A stretch of DNA of 63,744 nucleotides, counting the filler, from Octopus bimaculoides (Eukaryota), in NCBI RefSeq assembly GCF_001194135.2. It is 5 parts of 5 records of this genome, joined end to end, with 100 filler letters (N's around TTAATTAATTAA, not from the genome) between each part and the next. Parts side by side here need not be neighbours in the genome. Positions count along the whole stretch, not along the records: positions 46,794 to 58,297 come from NC_068987.1; positions 58,398 to 61,490 come from NW_026365877.1; positions 61,591 to 63,744 come from NC_069004.1; 2 more parts are not named here. One strand, 5' to 3'. Below, piece after piece: positions 52,472-63,744 of this stretch. The notes under the pieces were generated by a model. That model did not search any database and was not told where the DNA came from. It was given only the letters and a program-made list of their open reading frames with translations. Every line of letters begins with the position of its first letter. Positions within the stretch are counted from its first letter, which is position 1. Made by a program: the position numbers and the translations under genes.

Positions 52472-53710
52472 TCGCACACGCAGATACGTGTATCTATGTA
52501 TGTACCTGTGTGTGTGTGCTAATATGTGATAGTGTGACTCCGTCTCTTTGAAAATTGAAAAATAGAATATTCATTATTTGAGTGTTCAGAGAATTTTCTA
52601 TTTTTCTATCATAATAATATTTTTAACAGCCGCAGTTACAATATCTTTATGTAAATACATACATAACCTAACAACACATAACATAACACACATACATAAA
52701 ACAGACATATATACATGCAATATATGCATACATATACGTGTACACCTATATTACTTTCATCAATATATACATAGATCTATATATGTCATAATTTGCTCGA
52801 ATACAAAATCGTAGTTTTCATTGAATCCTCCTTCTGTAAATGAAGTTTAATAATAAAAAAAAACACCGGGGACCATAAATATCTTTCCACTTAGGTAGTC
52901 ATTAAGCGGATTTAGTTATTATACCTTAAAACATTATATTCTGCAGTACTTTACGCTACAGCAAAAGAGCATTGCTAACGCTTCAGCAATCTGTCAATTG
53001 AACTATCTATGAATAACGCGTCACTTGTGAAAATTGTTATATACGATTGAACAAAGTCCGAAATAATACTGGCTGTGTACCAAGTGTTACAGCGGAGATT
53101 TAGAGAGGTAATCAAAAGCTGATGACAATGCATTAAACACTGAAGATCAGGTATGTCACTATTTTTCTCTTCTCGTAGAAATAGTATAAAAACGCCAATC
53201 CTTTTCTATCCACCGTAATTTCCTTAAGATTAATTACAGTTAGCAGCGTTGATTCAAATACATCTGTTAATTCCATAGTACACTATAGCATAGACAAAAA
53301 CCGAATACTTCTAATGCATCAACGATATATTAGTCAAAGAATATGTTAAATGTTCGTCATTTATGAAAATCGGTGTGTCCGTCCCAATAAATCCCCTTAT
53401 GATTGTGGCATATATAAATATATATAATTCCAGAGTATAAAATCAAAAACGCGTAGTTAGCTGCTGATGAAATCTCATATATATTGGGACTGTGATAGCG
53501 AACCCAATATTGAACAGACGGAGAATTTGTATTAAGATACAAGAAGTACGATTGACACTTGTATATTTTTGAAGTTAAGCACATTTAAACACAACATGCT
53601 GCGGAAAAAAATATATAAGCATCACAAATTATCACGCCAAATGTGGCAGTAGAATAGAGCACTTACAACCACAAAGGCATTTGATCTGCAAGAATGCAGT
53701 AACCTGGTTC

Positions 53711-53751
<41 letters not shown>

Positions 53752-53951
53752 CATACGCATACATATATGTAACTCTGTTTGTGAGTTCGCAAGTGATTTT
53801 CATATTAGTTGGTGGTGCAAACATATTCGTATATTCGTGTATGTGTATGACTCCAACCAACAATCTGTCTATGCAACAATCTATCTGTCTCTTTCTCTCC
53901 GTATCTGGATATGTGTCTAAGAGGGAGATAGCAATAGAGAGGGAGAAATAA

Positions 53952-53982
<31 letters not shown>

Positions 53983-55173
53983 CAATGTGCGTGTGTGTGT
54001 GTATGTATGTTCCTGTGCGTTTGTGCATCATTGTATGTATGTATGTATAATGAAACATTATGCTGCTTTATTTCATGCATCTAGTTGAATAAGGTATGCG
54101 CATCCCACAGGAGGTGCATGCAGATCTATATTAATCCAATCCTTGCACATGTTTCCCCGCTTAAAATTACTCTCTGCCCTTCAGTGCCCCTCTCTCTATA
54201 CTCTATAAATATGTGCGCGTGCTTATTTCTCTATAAAAGCATAAAACCATACATGCATACATGCATCTATCTATCTATCTATCTACATGTATGTATATAT
54301 ATATATATATCTGTATGTATATATATNNNNNNNNNNNNNNNNNNNNNNNNNNNNNNNNNNNNNNNNNNNNNNNNNNNNNNNNNNNNNNNNNNNNNNNNNN
54401 NNNNNNNNNNNNNNNNNNNNNNNNNNNNNNNNNNNNNNNNNNNNNNNNNNNNNNNNNNNNNNNNNNNNNNNNNNNNNNNNNNNNNNNNNNNNNNNNNNNN
54501 NNNNNNNNNNNNNNNNNNNNNNNNNNNNNNNNNNNNNNNNNNNNNNNNNNNNNNNNNNNNNNNNNNNNNNNNNNNNNNNNNNNNNNNNNNNNNNNNNNNN
54601 NNNNNNNNNNNNNNNNNNNNNNNNNNNNNNNATATATATACGTACACGCATTCACACAAAAGCACGATCGCATGCCATACGTACATCACACTCGCACACA
54701 CACATGCATGCACACACACGCGCGCAGGCACGCACGCACGCACACAAACGTATCCATGTATTTATGTCGTGTGTGTGAATGCATTGGCGTGTGCTTTTCT
54801 CCGTGTGTACAACTACGAAATCCGTATGTTCACATCCATATCGATATTAGCAGGATAATGGAAATACTGTGGAAGACCTGCAACTATCGGAAAATTTATT
54901 CACATGTATGCAAATATATGCATGCACGTTGCATCTATTTCATGCATCCTACATTGTAAAGTATCTTTAAGTTGTATTTAAATACATAAAAACATACATA
55001 CATACACGCACACATGCACACACAGACATACACAAACGCACACACACACACATGTATACACATACGCATAAATATGTATGTATATATGTCTTTGTGATAA
55101 TTTGGATGTAGATTTATATGTCCACCTGCTTTTACATGTATGCTATTCGCATCAAAACACAGACACACCCACA

Positions 55174-55254
<81 letters not shown>

Positions 55255-55926
55255 ATACAGATGATTTTGTTTATGCTTGTACGCATATTTATGTGTTTGC
55301 ATTCAGAAGAATTTGCAATTTGCATACGCGCTTACTCGTATCAACATATAGATAATTACATGTAAAGATATATGTTCAGAGAGAGCATATGTAATATGGA
55401 GCACTTTGGGGAATATGCCTCTACAATTCATACAAATTTCTCCCAGTTATTTTTTATGTTTTCAGATTAAATGAACACATATGTAGAAAATTATGTAAAA
55501 CACAAAAATGTATTCTAAAGAAATGTTTGATCTAAAGACTTCTGTTTCGATGCTATGGATCTCCAACTTTCAACCGAGGAAACTCTTTGGTGAGCAGAAC
55601 ACTGAATAAAAGCCTTTCAAATTTTTCACATTATTTTGAACAAGACTCATCTCTCTAGAATTTGTTATGAATAAGCGTTTAGTTGCATTCAGTGCACCTT
55701 TTCTTACCTCGAAATATGATTATAATTGTCTCTGTCAAACTCCATAATCTCTTACGTTTTGTTTTCCTGTCACTCTGCTCCTGCGGGTCTTCCCTCCTCC
55801 TCCTAATCCTCTTCCTCTCTATCTCTGTCTCTCACTCTCTCTCTCTCTCTTTCTCCCTCTTTCCCTCTCTTACTATCTAAATACATATATACATACATAC
55901 ATACATGCATGCATACATACACATAT

Positions 55927-55974
<48 letters not shown>

Positions 55975-56051
55975 TCCTCTTTGCATACATACGCACATAT
56001 TGATATGAACGTATTCTAAGATACATTCATACATATATTTACAAATTATAT

Positions 56052-56237
56052 ACTCTTTTACTCTTTTACTTGTTTCAGTTATTTGGCTGCGGTCATGCTG
56101 CAGCACCGTCTCCAGTGGAGCAAATCGACATTTGCAAGCGTAGTGCTTATTCTATCGGTCTCTTTACCAAAGTGCTAAGTTATGGGAACGTAAACACACC
56201 AACATCAGTTGTCAAGCGATGTTGGGGGACAAACACA

Positions 56238-56293
<56 letters not shown>

Positions 56294-56468
56294 TATATAT
56301 ACATATATACGACGGGCTTCTTTCAGTTTTCGTCTACCAAATCCACTAAAGGTTTGGTCAGCCTGAGGTTTTAATAGAAGACACTTGCCCAAGGTGCCAT
56401 GCAGTGGGACTGAAGCCGGTACCATGTTGTTGGTGAGCGAGCTACTTACCACACAGCCACTCCTGCGC
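56052..56468 (-). mobile_element. SINE family 1
   Basis: Full-length copy with an expanded internal (CA)n. CpGs mostly retained. Confidence 0.85.
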
Positions 56469-57339
56469 ATTATGTATATATGGGAGAATGTACAAAAACA
56501 CACCAACAGACGAGGAGAGGTGGTGTAAACAACACAAGGATGTATTAGTATGACGCTCGGGAATACGGACAGTCTTTAACGTTTCGAGCTAGGCTCTTCA
56601 ACAGAAAGAATACGGAGACAAGGAGAAAAACACGGAGAAATAAAATTGAATAGTGTTCAGTCAACGGTCAATATATATATATATATATACATACATATAT
56701 ATATATATATATATNNNNNNNNNNNNNNNNNNNNNNNNNNNNNNNNNNNNNNNNNNNNNNNNNNNNNNNNNNNNNNNNNNNNNNNNNNNNNNNNNNNNNN
56801 NNNNNNNNNNNNNNNNNNNNNNNNNNNNNNNNNNNNNNNNNNNNNNNNNNNNNNNNNNNNNNNNNNNNNNNNNNNNNNNNNNNNNNNNNNNNNNNNNNNN
56901 NNNNNNNNNNNNNNNNNNNNNNNNNNNNNNNNNNNNNNNNNNNNNNNNNNNNNNNNNNNNNNNNNNNNNNNNNNNNNNNNNNNNNNNNNNNNNNNNNNNN
57001 NNNNNNNNNNNNNNNNNNNNNNNNNNNNNNNNNNNNNNNNNNNNNNNNNNNNNNNNNNNNNNNNNNNNNNNNNNNNNNNNNNNNNNNNNNNNNNNNNATA
57101 TATATATATATATATATACATGTACGACAGGCTTTTTCAGTTTACCAAATCCAATTACAAGGCCTTTGTCGGCCTGAGGCCTAGTACAGTGTGTAGCAAG
57201 GTGAGGACCTAATCCTAAATTTATTTTAGGCCAATATCCTTGCTACCCACTGCACTTAGCCTAATATAATGAAATATCACCTACTCCCACTCCAGCCTAC
57301 CTAAGAACCTGTCTACCAAATTCCTATCTCACTCGGGTT

Positions 57340-58135
57340 GCTAACCTTAGATATCATATTACACACGTTCACGAACTATATTGTTAATTTCAATAGCCAT
57401 CTTTGTTGGTCATTCTCCCAGTGCATAATTGGTCCCGACAGACTTCAGCCAGATCCCTGCTGGATGTACCTCTTAAGGTTTGGCAAGTATCTAAATTTTT
57501 CATTGTCCACATCCTTCTTAAAAACTTCTAGTTTCATTTCAAAAGCCTTTATGTAACCAACCATAGCATCAAATGTCTTACCAGAGTCCTGTAATTTAAC
57601 ATTCAAGTCATTCAAACGTTCATGAAAATCTGTAAAAAAATACCAGTTAACAAACCCACATTATGTCCGAGAGTTGTTAAGAAACATGTTGGTCATTCAA
57701 AAAGAGCTTTATCACATTTAAGCAGTCAACAAATCATTTCAGAACCAAACCTCAGCTAAGCCATCGAGTATTGTTGTACATTTTCAATCCTTTATACACA
57801 GATTCTACCTCATTCTGCAAGAATACGGTAAAATGACGTCACTGCTGTAGCGCGCATCGTGAGAAATTTTGAATAAGGAGGTGAGGCGGTTATCTTGTCA
57901 ACGAATACCAGTTGCAGAGACTGAAACCAAAACATTGGTTGGGTCTGAGAGAAGATCGTTAAAAAAAGATAGGCTTAATTTGTAATATGAAACGTATCTG
58001 AGTAATAAAATGTCGCTATATACTACTGAAAGGAAGTCGTTAAATGAAGGGCTAATTTAGAGAGGGTTTCACATGACAAAAGCAAGTTATTGGCGTGCCA
58101 TGTTTGGCACGCGTGCCAGGGGTTGCCTACCCTTG
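57340..58135 (-). mobile_element. hAT (Charlie/SPIN, GTF2IRD2-like) transposon deletion derivative
   Basis: 5' terminus CAAGGGTAGGCAACCCCTGGCACGCGTGCCA at 58135, flanked by the TA-centred 8-mer ccctaggc. Transposase remnants YNNTRWLS*GLVLK*FVDCLNVIKLFL and DFHERLNDLNVKLQDSGKTFDAMVGYIKAFEMKLEVF. The 3' end is not identified. Confidence 0.8.
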
Positions 58136-58961
58136 CCCTAGGCGCTAAATACTCATAGACTTGGTTTTCTCTTTGTACACAACTGGAATATCTTATTTGA
58201 TACTTACCAACCGTACGCCGGAACAACCAATTTATCCAAACCTACCAGTTGGATATTTTTTCAAGTACCTGATTCTATCTGAATCGGTATATATATANNN
58301 NNNNNNNNNNNNNNNNNNNNNNNNNNNNNNNNNNNNNNNNNTTAATTAATTAANNNNNNNNNNNNNNNNNNNNNNNNNNNNNNNNNNNNNNNNNNNNTAT
58401 ATATATATATATATTATGGGAAAAGTTTGATTACTGTATCGAAAAATACATACGACTCAATAAAAGAAAACGTAGAGTAATATAATTATATATAAAGTAA
58501 GAAAACATGCTGTTTTCTCGTCATAGTTATTTCAATTTTTCCGGCTTTTGAACAGCCATCGGCCACCGTTTTAATCAACTACTTTTATTTTTCCAAAAGT
58601 CGGTAAAGAATTTTTTTTAACCGTGGACTCACTGCTCTCTAAAATACTAGCAGGGTTGAAAATTTGTAGTTTGTATTACTTAACACATATATATGCTTGC
58701 ATATACATACATACATACATAAACCCAAAGAATATTGGTGAAACATTCCCATCAAAGCTCTTATCATGTGCAAACCTAACAGGCCAGATATCAGTATTTG
58801 GAACAGAAAATATATATGTACCGTCATAATAGTCAGCTGCCCTGCTAATATAAATATCTTTTCGAAAATCACGCTGAAAAAGAATAACTACGGTTAAATG
58901 CTTCAGAAAATTCATCTTCTATACCCAGATTCTAGATTCATCAAAAGTACTCCACAGTCTT

Positions 58962-59325
58962 GTTCTAGAGAATGTCTGTCAAAACATTCGTAAATTTCTA
59001 GAGAATGTCCGTCAAAACATTTGTAAATTTCTAGAGAATATCTGTCAAAACATAAGTAAATTTCTAGAGAATGTCTGTCAAATCAAAAGCAAATTTCTAG
59101 AGAATGTCTCTCAAAACATTAGTAAATTTCTAGAGAATGTCTGTCAAAATAAAGGCAAATTTCTAGAGAATGTCTATCAAAACATAAATAAATTTCTAGA
59201 GAATGTCTGTCAAAACATAGAGTAAATTTCTAGAGAATGTCTGTCAAAAAATTTGTAAATTTCTAGAGAATGTCTGTCAGAACATTAATAAATTTCTAGA
59301 GAATGTCTGTCAAGACATAAGTAAA
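58962..59325. repeat. 33-bp minisatellite, 11 copies (TTCTAGAGAATGTCTGTCAAAACATTTGTAAAT)
   Basis: Counted by eye: ten units of about 33 bp and one of 34 bp (unit 8). Conserved core of about 24 bp and a variable segment of about 8 bp. Confidence 0.95.
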
Positions 59326-59939
59326 CTGCATACCTATTAGTCAGTTATCACCTACAAGGTTCAGTCTTTGTTATAGTGCGGTTTTGTGCGCTTTAATGAG
59401 CATGAAACTTAAGCTAGCGGAACGTAAGCTCCCGGAAGAGCCTCCCATGGTGGAAAGGTCAAAGAATAAAAACTAGAATAACTTGGGCCACCGCTCCTCA
59501 GAGGTAAAAATGGGTCTGCGTAGGACTAACATACCTATCTAGGAAAAAAAAATACAGAAAGAAAGAATTCAGCAGCATCGATATCGGTTTAAAACCAACA
59601 AGAACTGGGAGGGAAAGCCCCTACCCACTCTTCAGAGAAACATATGACACTGTGTTTCAAAATCGAAAATGTGACCAACATCTTGCATTATAAACCAGGC
59701 TCTGACCAGTAGTCCATAAGGCAGGTGGAAGAGAGGACACCCTAACAATAGCTGGAGTCAGGATACTGAAGCAGTGGTGAAAAAGCAGGGATCCAACTGG
59801 AGAGAAGGGGAATAGACAGCCTCAAGTCAATAACTGCGGAGAAAAGTCATTGATGGTCATGCCCCATTGGGAGTGAAAAGATCGAGTGAAACGAGCGTTC
59901 ATAACTGGTCAGTTACTAATTGTTAACCAAATTCAAGTG

Positions 59940-60232
59940 AAGGCGCATGAGGCAATGAGTTCGATTCTCTGACTGGGCCGTGTGTTGTGTTCTTGAGCAA
60001 GACACTTTATTTCACATTGCTCCAGTTTACTCAGATGTAGAAATGAGTTGCGACATCACTGGTGCCAAGCTGTATCGGCCTTTGCCTTTCCCTTGGATAA
60101 CATCACTAGCGTGGAGAGGGGAGGCTGGCATGAAGGGGCGACTGGTGGTCTTCCATAAACAAACTTGCCCGGACTTGTGTCTCAGGGGGTAACTTTCTAG
60201 GTGCAATCCCATAGTCATTCATGACCCTTTAA
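59940..60232 (+). mobile_element. SINE related to family 5
   Basis: gagttcgattc B box and tgtgttcttgagcaagacact...ttgctccagt central block. Confidence 0.65.
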
Positions 60233-61778
60233 CCTTTACTAAATTCAAAGAAGCGTCAAATTGGGGTCNNNNNNNNNNNNNNNNNNNNNNNNNNNNNNNN
60301 NNNNNNNNNNNNNNNNNNNNNNNNNNNNNNNNNNNNNNNNNNNNNNNNNNNNNNNNNNNNNNNNNNNNNNNNNNNNNNNNNNNNNNNNNNNNNNNNNNNN
60401 NNNNNNNNNNNNNNNNNNNNNNNNNNNNNNNNNNNNNNNNNNNNNNNNNNNNNNNNNNNNNNNNNNNNNNNNNNNNNNNNNNNNNNNNNNNNNNNNNNNN
60501 NNNNNNNNNNNNNNNNNNNNNNNNNNNNNNNNNNNNNNNNNNNNNNNNNNNNNNNNNNNNNNNNNNNNNNNNNNNNNNNNNNNNNNNNNNNNNNNNNNNN
60601 NNNNNNNNNNNNNNNNNNNNNNNNNNNNNNNNNNNNNNNNNNNNNNNNNNNNNNNNNNNNNNNNNNNNNNNNNNNNNNNNNNNNNNNNNNNNNNNNNNNN
60701 NNNNNNNNNNNNNNNNNNNNNNNNNNNNNNNNNNNNNNNNNNNNNNNNNNNNNNNNNNNNNNNNNNNNNNNNNNNNNNNNNNNNNNNNNNNNNNNNNNNN
60801 NNNNNNNNNNNNNNNNNNNNNNNNNNNNNNNNNNNNNNNNNNNNNNNNNNNNNNNNNNNNNNNNNNNNNNNNNNNNNNNNNNNNNNNNNNNNNNNNNNNN
60901 NNNNNNNNNNNNNNNNNNNNNNNNNNNNNNNNNNNNNNNNNNNNNNNNNNNNNNNNNNCACACACACAAATGCACACACACATATGTACATACGCATGTA
61001 CGAATAGCTTCCACGAAGTTACCATATTCACTCACAAGACATTGATCAGCTCGAGCTATAGCGGAAGACACTTATCCAAGGTGTTCCAAGTGGAACTGAA
61101 CTCGGAATCATGGGATTGTCGATGTGATCTTATTAACCAAGCAGCCATACCTATGATAACGTTTTTCTCAACAACCATTCTTGCATCACTTGCTAAAACG
61201 AGGTCTTCTGGATTTGAAGGGTGAGCCTCTACGTAGTCAATCGACGTGCTAGAAATGGTCACCATGCCTCCCCTGAAATGATACACTAAATTCTTACGAA
61301 AAAAGGAATCGTTGATTAATGTCCTCACAGGTTCTTTCTACAAAGAAACAAACGTAAGTTGATGGTCACAATTGGAATGGATTTGATCACAGCAATGCAG
61401 AATGAAGGCTGACCAGGATTTCAATAGCAGCAAACAGAGGGAGATGGTGGTGGCGGTGGTGACGGTGGTGTGATGATGGTGGAGGTAGTGNNNNNNNNNN
61501 NNNNNNNNNNNNNNNNNNNNNNNNNNNNNNNNNNTTAATTAATTAANNNNNNNNNNNNNNNNNNNNNNNNNNNNNNNNNNNNNNNNNNNNGAGATGAAGA
61601 TTGTGGGTTTGAGGTTAAGAGAAGTCCGAAGAATGGAGTCTGGTTACCTTGCGGTTTTGGCAGAAACAAGCAATATAGCTTGGCTGGGTGTGTATAGGCT
61701 AATATTTGACTGGTATGTATTGATGTATGTGTGCGTGTGTGTGCGCGTGTGTGTGTGCCTGTGTGCGTGTTTGCGTGA

Positions 61779-61809
<31 letters not shown>

Positions 61810-61983
61810 CTAGTGAGCGTGTGTGTGTGTGGTAGTATGTACGCATGTGTGTATGTATGTATATCTCAGTCTGTCTATCTGTATGTATATATGTATGTAT
61901 GTATTATGAATGTATGTATTTTTGTGTGTGTATGTGCTAGCGTGCATGCGTCTGTATGAACGTATGTGTGCATGTGTGTAGAA

Positions 61984-62022
<39 letters not shown>

Positions 62023-62062
62023 GCACACGCACATTTATACACACATATACATTCACACACAT

Positions 62063-62096
<34 letters not shown>

Positions 62097-62778
62097 NNNN
62101 NNNNNNNNNNNNNNNNNNNNNNNNNNNNNNNNNNNNNNNNNNNNNNNNNNNNNNNNNNNNNNNNNNNNNNNNNNNNNNNNNNNNNNNNNNNNNNNNNNNN
62201 NNNNNNNNNNNNNNNNNNNNNNNNNNNNNNNNNNNNNNNNNNNNNNNNNNNNNNNNNNNNNNNNNNNNNNNNNNNNNNNNNNNNNNNNNNNNNNNNNNNN
62301 NNNNNNNNNNNNNNNNNNNNNNNNNNNNNNNNNNNNNNNNNNNNNNNNNNNNNNNNNNNNNNNNNNNNNNNNNNNNNNNNNNNNNNNNNNNNNNNNNNNN
62401 NNNNNNNNNNNNNNNNNNNNNNNNNNNNNNNNNNNNNNNNNNNNNNNNNNNNNNNNNNNNNNNNNNNNNNNNNNNNNNNNNNNNNNNNNNNNNNNNNNNN
62501 NNNNNNNNNNNNNNNNNNNNNNNNNNNNNNNNNNNNNNNNNNNNNNNNNNNNNNNNNNNNNNNNNNNNNNNNNNNNNNNNNNNNNNNNNNNNNNNNNNNN
62601 NNNNNNNNNNNNNNNNNNNNNNNNNNNNNNNNNNNNNNNNNNNNNNNNNNNNNNNNNNNNNNNNNNNNNNNNNNNNNNNNNNNNNNNNNNNNNNNNNNNN
62701 NNNNNNNNNNNNNNNNNNNNNNNNNNNNNNNNNNNNNNNNNNNNNNNNNNNNNNNNNNNNNNNNNNNNNTATATATAT

Positions 62779-63186
62779 ACTCTCTTTACTCTTTTCCTCT
62801 TTAACTTGTTTCAGTCTTTTGACTGCGGCCATGCTGGAGCACCGCCTTTAGTCGAGCAAATCCACCCCAGGACTTATTCTTTGGAAACCTAGTACTTATT
62901 CTATCGGTCTCTTTTGCCGAACCGCTAAGTTACGAGGACGTAAACACACCAGCATCGGTTGTCAAGCGATGTTGGGGGGACAAACACAGACATACAAACA
63001 CATACACACATATATATATATATACATATATACGACAGGCTTCTTTCAGTTTCCGTCTACCAAATCCACTCATAAGGCTTTAGTCGACGCGAGGTTATAG
63101 TAGAAGATACTTGCCCAGGGTGCCACGCAGTGGGACTGAACCAGGAACCCGTGTGTTTGGGAAACAAGCTTCTTACCACACAGCCA
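62779..63186 (-). mobile_element. SINE family 1
   Basis: Full-length, CpG-rich copy. Partial copies at about 12090-12185, 23115-23250, 27975-28042, 30868-30986, 31248-31490, 38075-38200, 38620-38780, 57123-57186 and 61005-61150. Confidence 0.85.
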
Positions 63187-63685
63187 TATATGTGTGTGTG
63201 TATGTGTGTGTATGCATTCGTAGATATGCACGCTTGTATGAACGCATGCATGCACGTATGTATATAAAAGCTGGGCGAGAGACAAAAGGCGTTGTAGCAG
63301 CAGCAGCAGAAACAGTTACCTTTAATACTTCCAGTGCCATAAAACAGACGACAGAGAAATACTTTCTGCAGACATTCTACAGTAAATGAAAGATTGTCGA
63401 AGAAGAATACCGATAGATGTCGTCATCGTCGTAATTAATATACAACGATTATTATAGGCAGACGACCAGAGGTTTTGTTGAGGAGAGAGAGACAGAGAGC
63501 TACGCGTTTGTATCGGCTATGTATATGAATATGTATATATGCATACATGCGTGTATATATGTATAAATGCATACATGTATACATGCTATATGCATATGTA
63601 TATTTATACATGCAAACATATATATATATATATATACTTACATTCATAAATACACATGTAAATACATACATATATATATGCACAT

Positions 63686-63744
<59 letters not shown>

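Noticed and set aside
53094-53150. Exon-like segment ending in CAG|gtatgt
   Set aside because: Every frame from the plausible acceptors contains a stop. At most a non-coding exon, and unsupported.
57586-57633. Apparent minus-strand exon with good AG and GT sites (DFHERLNDLNVKLQDS)
   Set aside because: The frame continues on both sides as hAT transposase, so the splice-like sites are coincidental.
58962-59325. 33-bp array as a CRISPR array
   Set aside because: The variable part is only about 8 bp and is similar between units, there are no unique spacers or cas genes, and the context is eukaryotic.
59400-59660. Possible RTE 5' UTR remnant
   Set aside because: The resemblance is from memory only, it is highly decayed, and no adjacent endonuclease ORF was recognised.
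336-63719. Most ORFs in the supplied track (poly-[18 protein letters not shown]-filled)
   Set aside because: They are translations of microsatellites or N runs, often from non-ATG starts, with no protein-family signal.

Overview
Eukaryotic, AT-rich, microsatellite-saturated draft scaffold with many N gaps. The SINE families and repeat landscape suggest an octopod cephalopod such as Octopus (inference, no database search). The only gene I can support well is a plus-strand, 8-coding-exon CCDC138-like gene (29689-42380). I reconstructed it by hand from GT-AG sites with consistent phases: 957 nt, 319 aa, coiled coil, 3' exons not found in the window. The rest is tRNA-derived SINEs of about five families, decayed RTE and R4-like LINE pieces, Tc1/mariner and hAT relics, MITEs, a Helentron-type element, a 33-bp minisatellite and compound microsatellites. 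Almost all ORFs in the supplied track are artefacts of microsatellites or N runs. No prokaryote-type system (CRISPR, operon) is present. The most interesting signals are RNA-structural and epigenetic: (1) a 149-bp intronic inverted SINE pair whose only three mismatches are all A:C in the sense transcript; (2) further intronic fold-backs next to symmetric exons; (3) CpG decay in SINE copies inside, but not outside, the gene body.
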